Source: Felis catus (taxonomy: Eukaryota). Taken from it: a stretch of DNA of 64,000 bases. Shown piece after piece: positions 24,731-37,599 of this stretch. The notes beneath the pieces are model-generated. The model was given only the letters and a program-made list of their open reading frames with translations. It was not told where the DNA came from and searched no databases. The stretch spans positions 27,034,001-27,098,000 of the forward strand of contig NC_058369.1 of the NCBI RefSeq assembly GCF_018350175.1. Direction: 5' to 3'. The first letter of the stretch is position 1; each line of letters opens with the position of its first letter. A program made the position numbers and the translations under genes.

Positions 24731-25796
24731 ACCTCTTTCTCCGATTGCCATTTAATACCAGGCTACTAGACCATGTCACATCAAAATGGGCATAATGCAG
24801 GCTGTCAAAATAAGGCATTCAATCAAGAAGGTTGCTGAAGGACTTGTGACGGAGTATGGCTCTTACCCTGGTTGAAATTTCTGTGCTTCAAGACAAAAAG
24901 AACATGGTAGATTTTTTTTTCCTCAACAAACTTCATGATAAGTCTGTCATGTATCATCGACCTAAGAGAGGACAATAACAACCCAGAAGGGCACTTTCAT
25001 TTCTAGGATATTCTAAAAATAACCTGTTTGATTAATAGCTATGTCCACAGACAATAGAAGTCCACATTATGGCTGAGGAAAGGGATACAGTTCTCCCCTC
25101 ACTTCCCAGGTGTTTCTCAAACTGATCCAATTACTTAGATCACCTTATTCTGACTTTTTCATTTAACCTTTATGTATCCCTGGGATTTAATTTATTCAGG
25201 GTGAATAACCTCAACTCATGGGATGTTTTTGCCCAAAGCAGGACAGAGATAAACCATTTCTCTCAGAAATAAGCCTTAGTGACCTTTGTACCACAGTTTA
25301 GGGTACTTACAAACCATTGAGATGAATGCTCAATCAGAATATGGCAACAAAGGTCATCTTGAGGTCCAATGACCCTGTCTCTATAGTTACATCACTCAGT
25401 TATTCAGTTCAGAGAATCAGAAAGCCCTGCAGGTGGTGACCATGTGCCTCTATGAGATTCTTAGATAGTATTATCTCAGGACAGTTAAATAACTCATCAG
25501 TTTGGGGAAGGAGAAAAGAAAAATGAATTAATTGACCTGTTCATTCAAAAAAATTGGCCTAGAGAGCTGCAAGGAGTTTTTTCCTTAGAAAAAAACAAAT
25601 CTATTCCCAATATTGAGACAAGAACTCATCTATCTGAGACATAATAACAGTCTTTCTTAGAGGATTATGGACAGAGAGTACTTACCCAGAGTGTTTTGAT
25701 TATATTTTCCAAGCATAACAGTTTATAAAAGTATGAATAGAAAATTTCAAGTATAGTGTTGTAGATAGTAATAAAGTAATAATGATAATAATAATA

Positions 25797-26208
25797 ATAG
25801 CCACAGATTCCTCTTATCCTTGCATACATGCATTTTTGCCATGTGAATTGGCTGCTGTTCCTGTCAAGAGTTGGAGTCACTTTTTCTACCCTTCGGCTTT
25901 CTGTGACCAGTAGAATGGGGCAGAAGTGATGACATTATGGGCTTCAGGGGATATTGCAGCTAATCTTCTCAAGCTTTCGCTGTCCTAAGATGTCCATGTG
26001 AGAAAGCTTGGGCTAGCCTCCTCAAGGATGAGAGACAACATGGAGTAGAGACATCACAGCTTTGGCTCCGTAAACCAACCAACCTGTTCACAGCTGACCC
26101 ACTAGTTGCCTGCAGAATCACCCAGTTGACCCACAGACTTGTGAACAATCATAAAATTATTGTAAGCCTTTAATTTGGGAATGCTTTTGTGCAGGTTACA
26201 TATACTGA
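25797..26208 (+). mobile_element. MLT1F/G-like LTR
   Basis: tttgccatgtgaattggctgctgttcctgtcaagagttggagtc...ccatgtgagaaagcttgggctagcc...ttgtaagcctttaatttggg. Confidence 0.7.
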
Positions 26209-26680
26209 GTGTCATTCTAATACACACATACTTTAAAATGTAAATGTATCTCTGGATGGTAGAATTATAGGTGACTTTAATTATCTTTTTTATACTTTTA
26301 TTTTTTTAATTTATTCATTTATTTGTTTATCATAGCTTTATTCTCAATATTATCACAATTTCATGTTTATTTTCTCATTATGCTTTTTTTTGTAATAGCA
26401 AACAGTTTTACCAACTTGGATTATATTATTTATTGTTCTTTTTTTAAAACATTTTTAAGTTTTTTAAATTTACATCCAAGTTAGTTAGCATATAGTGCAA
26501 CAATGATTTCAGGAGTAGATTTCTTAATGCCCCTTACCATTTAGCACATTCCCCCCCCCCCCACACACAACCCCTTCAGTAACCCTCTGTTCTCTATATT
26601 TAAGAGTCTCTTATGTTTGTCCCCTCCCTGTTTTTATATTATTTTTGCTTCCCTTCCCTTGGGTTCATCTGTTCTGTGTT

Positions 26681-29600
26681 TTAAAGTCCTCTAATGAGTG
26701 AAGTCATATGATATTTGTCTTTCTCTGACTAATTTCGCTTAGCATAATACCCTCTAGTTCCATCTACCTAGTTGCAAATGACAAGATTTCATTCTTTTTG
26801 ATTACCGAGTATTACTCCATTGTATATATATGTCACATCTTTATCCTTTCATCCATCAGTGGACATTCGGGCTCTTTCCATATTTTAGCTATTGTTGATA
26901 GTGCTGCTATAAACATTGGGGTGCATATGCCCCTTTGAAACAGCATACTTGTATCCCTTGGATAAATACCTAGTAGTGCAATTGCTGGGTCATAGGGTAG
27001 TTCTATTTTTAATTTTTTGAGGAACCTCCATATTGTTTTCCAGAGTGGCTGCACCAGTTTGCATTCCCACCAGCAGTGCAAAAGAGATCCTCTTTCTCCG
27101 CATCCTCACCAACATCTGTTGTTGCCTGAGTTGTTAATGTTAGCCATTCTGACAGGTGTGAGGTGGTATCTTATTGTGGTTTTGATTTGTATTTCCCTGA
27201 TGATGAGTGATGTTGAACATTGTTTCATGTGCCTGTTGGCCATCTGGATGTCTTCTTTGGAGAAGTGTGTATTCATGTCTTTTGCCCATTTCTTCACTGG
27301 ATTATTTGTTTTTTGGGGTGTTGGGTTTGTTAAGTTCTTAATAAATTTTGGATATTAACCCTTTATCTGTTATGTCGTTTGCAAACATCTCCCATTCTGT
27401 CGGTTGCCTTTTAGTTTTGCTGATTGTTTCCTTCGCTGTGCAGAAGCTTTTTATTTTGATGAGGTCCCAGTAGTTCATTTTTGCTTTTCTTTCCCTTGCC
27501 TCTGGAGACGTGTTGAGTAAGAAATTGCTCCAGCCAAGGTCAAAGAGGTTTTTGCCTGCTTTCTCCTCAAGCATTTTGATGGCCTCATGTCTTACATTGA
27601 GGTCTTTCATCCATTTTGAGTTTATTTTTGTGTATGGTGTAAGAAAGTGTTCCAGGTTCATTTTTCTGCATGTTGCTGTCCAGTTTTCCCAGCACCAGTT
27701 GCTGAAGAGACTGTCTTTAATCCATTGTATATTCTTTCCTGCTTTGTCAAAGATTAGTTGGCCATACGTTTGTGGGTCCATTTCTGGGTTCTTTTTTATG
27801 TTCCATTGATGAGTATTTCTTTTTGTGCCAGTACCATACTGTCTTGATAATTACAGCTTTTTCATACAGCTTGAAGTCCAGGATTGTGATGCCTCCTGCT
27901 TTGGTTTTCTTTTTCAAGATTGCTTTGGCTATTCGGGGTCTTTTCTGGTTCCATACAAATTTTAAGATTGTTTCTTCTAACTTTGTGAAGAATGCGGTGT
28001 TATTTTGATAGGTATTGCATTGAATATGTAGATTGCTTTGGGTAGTATTGACATTTTAAAAATATTTGTTCTTCCTATTCAGGAATATTTTCCCATTTTT
28101 TTGTGTCTTCTTCAATTTCTTTCATAAGCTTTCTGTAGTTTTCAGTGTATAGATTTTTTTTCACCTCTTTGGTTAGATTTATTCCTAGGTATTTTATGGT
28201 TTTTGGTACAATTGTAAGTGGGATTGAGTCTTTGATTTCCCTTTCTGTTTCTTCATTGTTGGTGTATAGGAATGTAGCAGATTTCTTTGCGTTGATTTTA
28301 TATCCTGAGACTTTGCCGAATTCATGGATCAGTTCTAGCAGTTTTTTTTGTGGAATCTTTTGGGTTTTCCATATAGAGTATCATGTCATCTGAGAAGAAT
28401 GAAAGTTTGACCTCCTCCTGTGTGATTTGCATGCCTTTTGTTTCTTTGTGTTGTCTGATTGCTGAGACTAAAACTTCCAATACTATGTTGAATAATAATG
28501 GTGAGAGTGGACATCCCTGTCTTGTTCCTGACCTTAGGGGGAAAGCTCTCAGTTTCCCCATTGAGGATGATATTAGTGTTGAGTCTTTCATATATGGCTT
28601 TTATGATCTCGAGGTATGATCCTTCTATCCCTACTTTATTGAGTTTTTTTTTTATCAAGAAAGAATGTTGTATTTTGTCAAATGTTTTCTCTGCATCTAT
28701 TGAGAGGATCATGTGGTTCTTGTCCTTTCTTTTTTTGTTTGTGATGAATCACATTGATTGTTTTGTGGATATTGAACTAGCCCTGCATCCCAGGTATAAA
28801 TCCCACTTGGTCGTAGTGAATAATTTTTTTAATGTATTGTTGGATCCGGTTGGCTAATATCTTGTTGAGGATTTTTGCATCCATGTTTTGCATCAGGGAA
28901 ATTGGTCTATAGTTCTCCTTTTTAGTGGGGTCTTTGGTTTTGGAATCAAGGTAATGCTGGGTTCATAGAAACGATTTGGAAGTTTTCCTTCCATTTCTAT
29001 TTTTTGGAACAGCTTCAAGAGAATAGGTGTTAACTCTTCCATAAATGTTTGTTAGAATTCCCCCAGGAAGCCATCTAGCCCCGGACTCTTGTTTTTTGGG
29101 GATATTTTTTATTACTAATTTTATTTCTTTACTGATTATGGGTCTGATCAAATTTTTTATTTCTTCCTGTTTCAGTTTTAGTAGTATATATGTTTCTAGG
29201 AATTTTCCATTTCTTCCAGATTGCCCATTTATTGGTGTATAATTGCTCATAATATTCTCTTACTATTTTTTTTTATTTCTGCTGTGTTAGTGGTGATCTC
29301 TCCTATTCCACTCTTGATTTTTTTTATTTGGGTCCTTTCCTTTTTCTTTTTGATCAAACTGGCTAGTGGTTTGCCAATTTTGTTAATTCTTTCGAAGAAC
29401 CAGCTTCTGGTTTCGTTGATCTGGTCTACTGTGGTTTTTTTTGGTTTCAATAGCATTGACTTCTGCTCTATTCTTTATTATTTCCTGTCTTCTGCTGGTT
29501 TTGGGTTTTATTTTCTGTTCTTTTCCCAGCTCTTTAAGGCGTAAGTTTACGTTGTGTATCTGAGATCTTTCCTCCTTCTTTAGGAAGGCATGGATTGCTA

Positions 29601-30491
29601 TATACTTTCCTCTTATGACCACCTTTGCTGCATCCCAGAGGTTTGGGGTTGTGGTGTTATTATTTTCATTGGCTTCCATGTACTTTTTAATTTCCTCTAA
29701 CTTCTTGGTTAGTCCATTCATTCTTTAATAGGATGTTCTTTAGTCTCCAAGTATTTGTTACCTTTCCAAATTTTTTCTTGTGGTTGATTTCAAGTTTCAT
29801 AGCATTGTGGTCTGAAAATATGCAAGTATGATCTCAATCTTTTTGTACTTGTTGAAGACTGATTTGTGTCCCAGTATGTGATCAATTCTGGAGAATGTTC
29901 CATGTGCACTGGAGAAGAATGTATATTCTGCTGCTTTAGGATGAAAGGTTCTGAATATATCTGTTAAGTCCATCTGGTCTAGTGTGTCATGCAAAACCAT
30001 TGTTTCCTTGTTTATTTTCTGATTAGAAGATCTGTCTATTGTTGTAAGTGGGTGTTGAAGTCCCCTACTATTACGGTATTATTATCAACTGGTTTCTTCA
30101 TGTTTGTGATTAATTGATATGTATACTTGGGTGCTTTCACATTTGGAGCATAAATGTTTATAATTGTTAGGCCTTCTTGGTGGGCAGACCCTTTAATTAT
30201 GATAAAATGCCCTTATTCATCTCTTGTTGCAGTCTTTATTTTAAAGTATAGATTGTCTGATATAAGTGTGGCTACTCTGGCTTTCTTTTGTTGACCATTA
30301 GTATGCTAGATGGTTCTCCATCCCCTTACTTTCAATCTGAAGGTGTCTTTAGGTCTCAATTGGGTCTTTTGTAAATGGCATATAGATGGATCTTGTTTTC
30401 TTATCCATTCTGTTACCTTATGTCTTTTGATTGGAGCATTTAGTCTACTGATGTTTAGAGTGAGTAATGAAAGATCTGAATTAATTGCCAT
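26681..30491 (-). pseudogene. L1 ORF2 (endonuclease-reverse transcriptase-CCHC), multiple frameshifts/stops
   Basis: EN start [65 protein letters not shown], catalytic FADD decayed to FSDD, C-terminal [14 protein letters not shown]. Stop after HMTSLIRGL at 26681-26683. Confidence 0.95.
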
Positions 30492-30588
30492 TATGTTGCC
30501 TGTAGAGTTGGATTTTCTGGTGGTCTTCGGTCCTTTCTAGTCTTTGTTGCTTTTGGTCTTTTTTTTTTTTTTTTCATCTTTTCTCCAC

Positions 30589-31474
30589 TTAGAGAGTTCC
30601 CCTTATAATTTCTTGCAGGGCTTGTTTAATGGTCACAAACTCCTTTAGTTTTTTTATCTGGGAAACTTTTTATCTCTCCTTCTATTTTGAATGACAGCCT
30701 GCTGGATAAAGAGTCCTTGGCTGCATATTTTTCTGATTCAGCACATTGAATATATCCTGCCACTCTTTTCTGGCCTGCCAAGTTTCTGTGGATAGTTCTG
30801 CTGCAATCCTGATCTGTCTTCCCTTGTAGGTTTAGGACTTTTTTTTTCCCCTTACTGCTTTCATGATTCTTTCCTTGCCTGAGTATTTTGTGAATTTGAC
30901 TATGGTGTGCCTTGGTGATGGTTGGCTTTTGTTGAATCTAATGGGAGTCCTCTGTGCTTCCTGGAGTGTGATGTCTGTGTCTTTCCCCAGGTTAAGAAAG
31001 TTTTCTACTCTGATTTGCTCACATAACCCTTCTACCCCTTTTTCTCTCTCTTCATCTTCTGGGACTTCTATGATTCTGATGTTGTTCCTTTTTAATGAGT
31101 TACTGATTTCTCTAATTCTCCAATCGTGCTCTTTTGCTTTAGTGTCCTTTTTTCCTGCTTCCTTATTCTCCATAGTTTTTCCTCCCCTATCACTGATTCA
31201 CTGCTCTGCCTCATCCATCGTTGTTCTGGTGGCATCCATTTGAGATTGCAGCTCTGTTATAGCATTTTTTATTTCATCCCAACTAGCTTTTACTTTTTTT
31301 ATCTCCACAGAAAGGGATTCTAATCTATTTTCGACCCCAGCTAGTATTCTTATTATCCCGATTCTAGATTCTGGTTCATACATCTTTCTTGTATCTATGC
31401 TGGTTAAGTCCCTGGCTGTCGGCTGTCGTTTCTTCCTGCTCTTTGTTTTGGGGTGAAGTCCTTTGTTTCATCAT
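30589..31474 (-). pseudogene. L1 ORF1 (RNA-binding chaperone), disrupted
   Basis: ATG at 31474 (MMKQRTSPQNKEQEE), LKRNNIRIIEVPEDEEREKG, QEAQRTPIRFNKSQPSPRHTIVKF, ending QEIIRGTL*. A 7-bp duplication ggctgtc x2 at ~31414-31427 causes a frameshift. Confidence 0.92.
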
Positions 31475-32034
31475 TTTGAAGGAAGAAAAGGAATTGAGGT
31501 AAAAAAAATTAAAATAAAAAAATTAAAATTAAAAATTAAAAACAATACACACACACAAATCAAATAATGATGCTAGATCCTAGGTATGTTTTGGTCTGGT
31601 TGTTGAAAGGGGCTTATAGATTAAAGAAATAAAAGGAAAAAGAAAAAAAAAGAAAATGCTTGAAAATTTGAAAAATGAATACAATGAGATAGAGTAAAAT
31701 GAAACGATGGAAGTAAAATAGAGTTTAAAAAATTTACAGAAAAGTAAAAAATGTAGTAGAACAATTAAAGAAAAATATTTTTAACAAAAATTGAAAATAA
31801 AAATAAATTTTTTCTTTTTGTATTCAAGAAAAAGAAAAGAAATGTAAAAGAAAAAAATTTGAATAGATGGACCAGCGAAGAGACTGAAACACGATTGAAA
31901 TTACATCTTTTTCTCCTAGAAGTCAAAGTATGAAGCACTTTATAGTACGTAAACTAAGCAGGTGAGAGACTTGTGGTGTTCCTCAAGAGCGAGGTTCGTC
32001 CAGTGGGCGGGTCTTAGTGTAATGGCTTCATTCC

Positions 32035-32049
32035 CCACTAGATGGTGCT
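32035..32049 (+). promoter_or_regulatory. CTCF-like motif in the L1 5'UTR
   Basis: CCACTAGATGGTGCT vs consensus CCASYAGRKGGCRS, one CpG-type change. Confidence 0.4.
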
Positions 32050-33160
32050 GCTTAGCTTACTGGGGTGGATTGTTGTGGTGCTTGTAAGTTTGTATGCATA
32101 TATGCGGGAGGGGTGAAAATGACATCACCCAGCTACCCAGTCTCTAGTATCGGAACTCTGTTCTCCCTGAGTAGCAATCATGCACCCATCCTTAGTGTCT
32201 GGCTTCCATCCACTCCCTGCTTTTACACTGCCCATGACCAAGCCGTCAGGTTGTCAGGCAGCACCTTCCTGACTGAGTTTTATCTCAGATGTGGCTGTTT
32301 TTCCCAACCCCTTACTTCTGAGGGACCACGGCTTTGACCTGTTCTGCCCCTCTGTAGGAGGGTCTCACTGAGCAATGGCCAGTGCCGGCTGCACCCAGGA
32401 ACATTCACAGGACCATGCTGTTGCTGATGCCCAGAGACTGTGGCTGGGTGCCAGTACGCCCCAGAAAAAGTTTGCACGATCCTATAGCAGCAGTGTTTTA
32501 GGGATTATGCAAAATCACAACACACATCTGGCACCAGGCTTCACCCTTAACGGCCTTGTTCTAGCACCAGTGAATGTAGTTGTTCCCCAGAGTCCACTGG
32601 GGTCTTTGCCTGTGGGGCTGCTGCACAGCCTCTACCAAATGTCCTCCCAGCAGGGGAGCCGCCTCTCCTTGTGTGGCCCAAGGACCCCTGGAGTTCACTC
32701 TGCTCCTGGGGATTCACCCTTCTCACCAGAACACCACAAGGTATTGAGCTGCAGAGTTTCAGACTCTGTGCTCCCCCTGTTTATAAAGTCTTAATGGAAT
32801 TTAAACTCTCTTCTTTCACCTTTCTCCCTTTTTCATTCAGTCCTTGCGGATGTTTCCACTTTTCCACTTTATCTCATACTGCTTTTGGGGGGGTGCTTTT
32901 CCCACACTCTCCCCCTGTCTCCGTCCTCTCTCTGCAAGCAAAAACAGCTCCCTGTCCTCTGCGGCTTCTCTCTGCCCCATTTCACCTCTCCATGCCACAT
33001 ACCTGTTGAGTTCTGTGGTTCAGGTTTTACAGATTGTTGTGTTAATCCTCAAATCAGTTTTCTAGGTGTGAAGGATGGTTTAGTGTTGATCTGGCTGTAT
33101 TTAATGGATGCAAAACAGAAGAAAAACTTCCATGCTGTTCTGCCATCTTGGCTCCTCTCT

Positions 33161-33554
33161 TATTTTTTTAAATTTAAATTCAAGTTAGTTAAAATACAGT
33201 GTAGTCTTGGCTTTAGGAGTAGAACCCAGTGATTCATCTCTTACATATGACACCCAGTGCTCATTCCAAAAAGTGCCCTCCTTAATCACCATTTACATCT
33301 CCCCAGCTACCTCCCCTCCAGCAACCCTCAGTTTTTTCTCTGTATTTAAGAGTCTCTTATGGTTCGCTCCACCTCTGTTTTTATCTTATCTTCCTTCCCT
33401 TCCCCTATGTTATCTGTTGTTTCTCAAATTCCACATATGAGTGAAATCATATATTTGTCTTCCTCTGACTGACTTATTTAGCTTAGCATAATACCCTCTA
33501 GTTCCATACTTGTTACAAATGGCAAGATTTCATTCTTTTCATGGCCAAGTAGTG

Positions 33555-33602
<48 letters not shown>

Positions 33603-33638
33603 TACATCTTCTTTATACATTCATCAGCTAGTGGACAT
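33161..33638 (-). mobile_element. Second, 5'-truncated carnivore L1 3' end
   Basis: aattcaagttagttaaaatacagtgtagtcttggctttaggagtagaacccagtgattc...ccacatatgagtgaaatcat...gtggacattt. Contains (GT)n at ~33559-33600. Confidence 0.92.
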
Positions 33639-33780
33639 TTTCCAATAAACTTGCATTACTCTAATGATAAGATTAATAATGAATGATATTGAACATACTG
33701 CTGATTTTAATAAAATGACCATTGCAAACAACTGGTGATTGAGCAACTCAGTCACTTCCCTTAGGGAGTCCTTAGAACAG

Positions 33781-34112
33781 TACGTTCCAGTTACCCATTG
33801 CTGTCTAATAACTCCAACCCCTCCAAAAAGAACCCTTAGTGATAGAAAACAACCATCATTTTGTTATGCTCACAGTTTTGTAGATTATAAACTTGGGATA
33901 GGCATAGTGAGGGTTGCTTATCTCTGCATCCTGATGACTGGAGTCTCAGCTGGGCTACTCAAAAGGCAAGAGATGGTTGAGACAGCCCCACTGGAGTTAT
34001 ATGCCCAGGGTTCTAGCTATCGGCTGAGTTCCTTGCCTTTTCCACATGTTGTGTCTGGTGGAGTTGGAATGTTCAAGAGAGCTCCTTCAGTCCCATATTT
34101 GGTATTTGGTCA

Positions 34113-34161
<49 letters not shown>

Positions 34162-35240
34162 ATCTCCCTCTCTCTTTTCAAGGCTTTTCCATATGTCAAG
34201 CTTGAAGAGCAAGGCAGTCTAAGAATAGGACGATTTCTTATTTGATGGCTGACTTCACTCAGAGTAAACATTCTAAGAGGTACAAGCTGCAAGCCTTCTT
34301 ATGACCTAATCTTGGAAGACTCAGAATGTCCCTTATGTTGCATTTAATTATTTCAGCAAGCCACTAAAGCCAGCTGAGATTCTAAGGGAAGAGGATTACT
34401 ACTCAAAAAAATTGTGGCAATCTTTAATCTATCACATTTCATTCTCTGGACATGAATTATTTACAATCCTCCCACATGCAAAATACACTCACTCTTTCCC
34501 AAAATGCCCAGCCAAATTATATCATATTGCAATATTGGGTGTCATGGATTGCTTCACTGGAATCAGATTTGGGTTTGTGAGTCTCCTTGTGTGTGAATCA
34601 TTGAGTATAGTTCCTTGAGTACAAATTATTATTGATATGAAGACTTGTGAACTACAGAAAAAAACTATTTATTCCCTCCCCTACACAATATGCAATGGTG
34701 AGAAAGGCACAGTATAACCGGAGTATAAACACTTCCATCCCCCAAGGAGGGGGGCTTTGGAGAACATATAGCAATCAGTTGTGCAGAGAAAACCAGCCAG
34801 GTACATGTCATCAGTTCTTTTTCCTGGGACAGGAAATGTTATGGAATGAATGTTTTTGTCCCTCAAAATTCGTATGTTAAAATGCTAACCCCCAATGGGA
34901 TGGTATTGGGAGGTGAGGCCTTTGGGAGATAATTAGGTCATGAGAGTGGAACCCTCAGGAATGGGATTAGTTCCTTTATAAAAGACACCTTAGACAGCTC
35001 TCTCATCCATTCTGCCATGTGAAGACACAGCAAGAGGTCTGCTACCAGGGAGAGAGCTCCCTCTCTACAATGCTGGCACCCTGATCTCAGACTTCTAACC
35101 TCCAGAACTATGAGAAATAAATTTCTGTTTATGTGCCACTCAGTCTATGATATGTTGTTATAGCAGCCTGAGATAACTAAGATAAGAAATATTCCTTGAT
35201 TGAGGTTTAGTGTTGCTTCCTGGGAATAACTCCTATTCTG
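33781..35240 (-). mobile_element. MLT1 (F/H-like) LTR (33781-34436) plus adjoining MLT1 internal sequence
   Basis: LTR ends tgtggcaatctttaatctatcaca, followed by MaLR-int tcctcccacatgcaaaatacactcac. (CT)n at ~34117-34158. Interrupted by MLT1A. Confidence 0.7.
34837..35184 (+). mobile_element. MLT1A/A0 solo LTR
   Basis: tgttatggaatgaatgtttttgtccctcaaaattcgtatgtt...gttatagcagcctgagataactaagata. TSD GGAAA/AGAAA. Confidence 0.92.
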
Positions 35241-36319
35241 GAAATTGTTTCCATTTTATAAGCAAAGTGGAAAGAATCAAGCCTTTTTGGGTTTGAATTC
35301 TGACTTTATATTTATTAGCTATGTGACTATATAATTTATTTGATCTCTCTGAACCTCAAGTTCATTATTTATAAAAAGCATATAGTAATACCAACTTACA
35401 ATATCATTATGGAGATTACATGAACTAATCTGTGTACTTAGCCTGGTACCTGGCACCAAACAACTTCTAATTTTCATCTTTTTGTGATGTTAGTTTAGAC
35501 AGTGGCAAAATTGTCACAGGCCTTGAGAAGACCACAGGAACTCCCCCATACAGAGGCCATTATAGAGGAATCTCCTATAGAATTATAGAGCAGTGACTTG
35601 GAGCATGTCCCACAGAATTGTTGAATAGTGGACTTCTATTGCAGAAAGGAAGTTTGAAAGAATCTAGTTAGCTCAGTTAGAATAACAATAGCAATAATAA
35701 TAATAGTAATAATAATGAAGCTTTCAGAAATTATCATGTTTTTTGAGGTCACTTACTGAATGCTATTCTTTAGCCTCAAGTGGCATTGTTTGTTTCATGT
35801 TCTACAATATTCAGTATGGCTTTATTCTTCCATCTCCTATAATGAAGCTACTGTGAACAGAATTTCAAGTGTAGAGAGTGGCACCAACATTTGACCTGAC
35901 CTGGCTAACATGTTTGACCTTGCCATATGGTTCAGAGTCGAGCAGTTGTTCAGAAGTTTTCATAGTCCAAAGTAGTTGGCTGAGATCAATGATAGCAGGA
36001 TGTTATGTTTAATATCAGCAACTGAGTGGAGGAGAGGAGGCACACCAGATTAGTGTGGCTCCACAGTTTTGTAACACAGTCCTCCATGAAAAGACAATGA
36101 GATGTGACCTCAAGCACAATGTTTGGATCAGTATACCAGGAGATTTAAGGAAATTCCATTGCACATAAATATAAATACTCATGGGTAACAAATTAAAATG
36201 AAAAACTGAAAAATGTATTCCAAGTTTAATGATGACTAGTTTTACTATAAGCATACCATCCCCCTCACCTTTTTTTTCTTCTGGAACTGTACCCAGAAAG
36301 ACAAATAGGTAGTCAGGAA

Positions 36320-36803
36320 GTGCAGCAGGCAACATCAGTGCTCCACCCATATGCCTTCAATTTATTTACTACATCACTTCCCATCTCCTTGCCATATTCA
36401 TGCACTCTGGTTCCCCCTGTGCTTTCACTTCTAATATCCAGCACTGGGATCTCTCTTTGGAGGACCTTCCTACAGGCCACTGCCTATTTTTCTAGAATGT
36501 GCCAAGAGCTAATGTGTTTGGGAATTTACATCCCCTCACTGATGGCTGAGTTGTGCAGGAATGCAGTACTCTAAGAATAACTCTGAGGAGCAATCTCTAC
36601 TATCTCTAGACATCTCTGCATGGTTAGGCCACTTTCCATGGGAGTTTCCTTGATACCTGACCTTTGGTTGACCTCCTCCTTTTCTTCACAATCCCACTCT
36701 CCCATTGACCCTCCAGTTTCTCCAGGGAATACTTTCTATTAAATCATTTTCACATAAATCTTCATCTCAGGGTCTGCTTCTAGGAAACCTACCCTTCAAA
36801 TAG
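36320..36803 (+). mobile_element. ERVL LTR16-family solo LTR
   Basis: 3' end attaaatcattttcacataaatcttcatctcagggtctgcttctaggaaacc. Confidence 0.65.
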
Positions 36804-37599
36804 GATAGGAGATATCAAAATTATCTTTGAAAATTGATTATATTTCCCATAGGTATTAGATGCATGGCTTATGTATAAAATCCTAAAAAGTGATTTTGCA
36901 CACTAAACTTTGGGAACCACTAAAGTATATTAAGCAAGGAATAAAGTAAGATTCTACATAGAGGTTTCTGGGTCCTTAAGATAGTTTGCAAATTTCAGAC
37001 AGTAAATGGAGATACATGGAGAATTCTAAAGCAGAATATATTCTGTCTCACTATATAGTTTATTTCATTATGTTTAAACATTAAGCCATTATGCCTTGAA
37101 TACGTATTAATAGTTTTGTTTATTGTTATTGGTTGGAGGGTTGAATAAGATTATATGGGAAGATCAGGTTCTGAAGTCAGCAGGAAACTTAAATGCATGT
37201 ACAACAATGAAGTTAACCTGTGTCTTTTAAAATTCATTTATTAAAAGCATATGTATTGGCCAAATTCTATTTATCATATATTGTTTGTGTTATTCTAAAC
37301 GCTGGGAATATGGCAGTAAACAAATCAAATTTATGCCTTCATGAAGCTTACATTCTAGTAGGAGGAGAGAAAACAAACAAGTTATTATATAATATATAAT
37401 ATGTCAGATGGAGAGACACACTATGGAGAAAAATAAACCAGGGTTAGTTGGCTAGGGAGTGGCAGGGTGGGGGTATTGCTTTATTTGGGTAGTCAGGGGA
37501 GCCTCACTGATAAGGCAATATTTGAACAGAGACCTAAAGGAAGTAAGGAGGTCACCATGCTGCTATCTGGTAAAAAATCATTCTAGGTAGAGGGAGCAG

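Larger units (their letters stand above)
26439..33159 (-). mobile_element. Near full-length carnivore/felid LINE-1, inactivated
   Basis: 5' end GAGAGGAGCCAAGATGGC (YY1 motif) at ~33159, ~1.7-kb 5'UTR, ORF1, ORF2, a 3'UTR with a G-tract (C-run ~26550-26562 on the + strand) and an A-rich tail. Confidence 0.97.

Noticed and set aside
27017..31323. Many plus-strand hydrophobic ORFs
   Set aside because: These are antisense frames of L1 ORF1/ORF2, a well-known artefact.
26681..31474. Retrotransposition-competent L1
   Set aside because: Both ORFs are broken by many frameshifts and stops, and the 5'UTR CpGs are largely decayed.
33739..34245. 168-aa ORF
   Set aside because: Lies in an MLT1 LTR and reads through a (CT)n microsatellite (SLSLSL).
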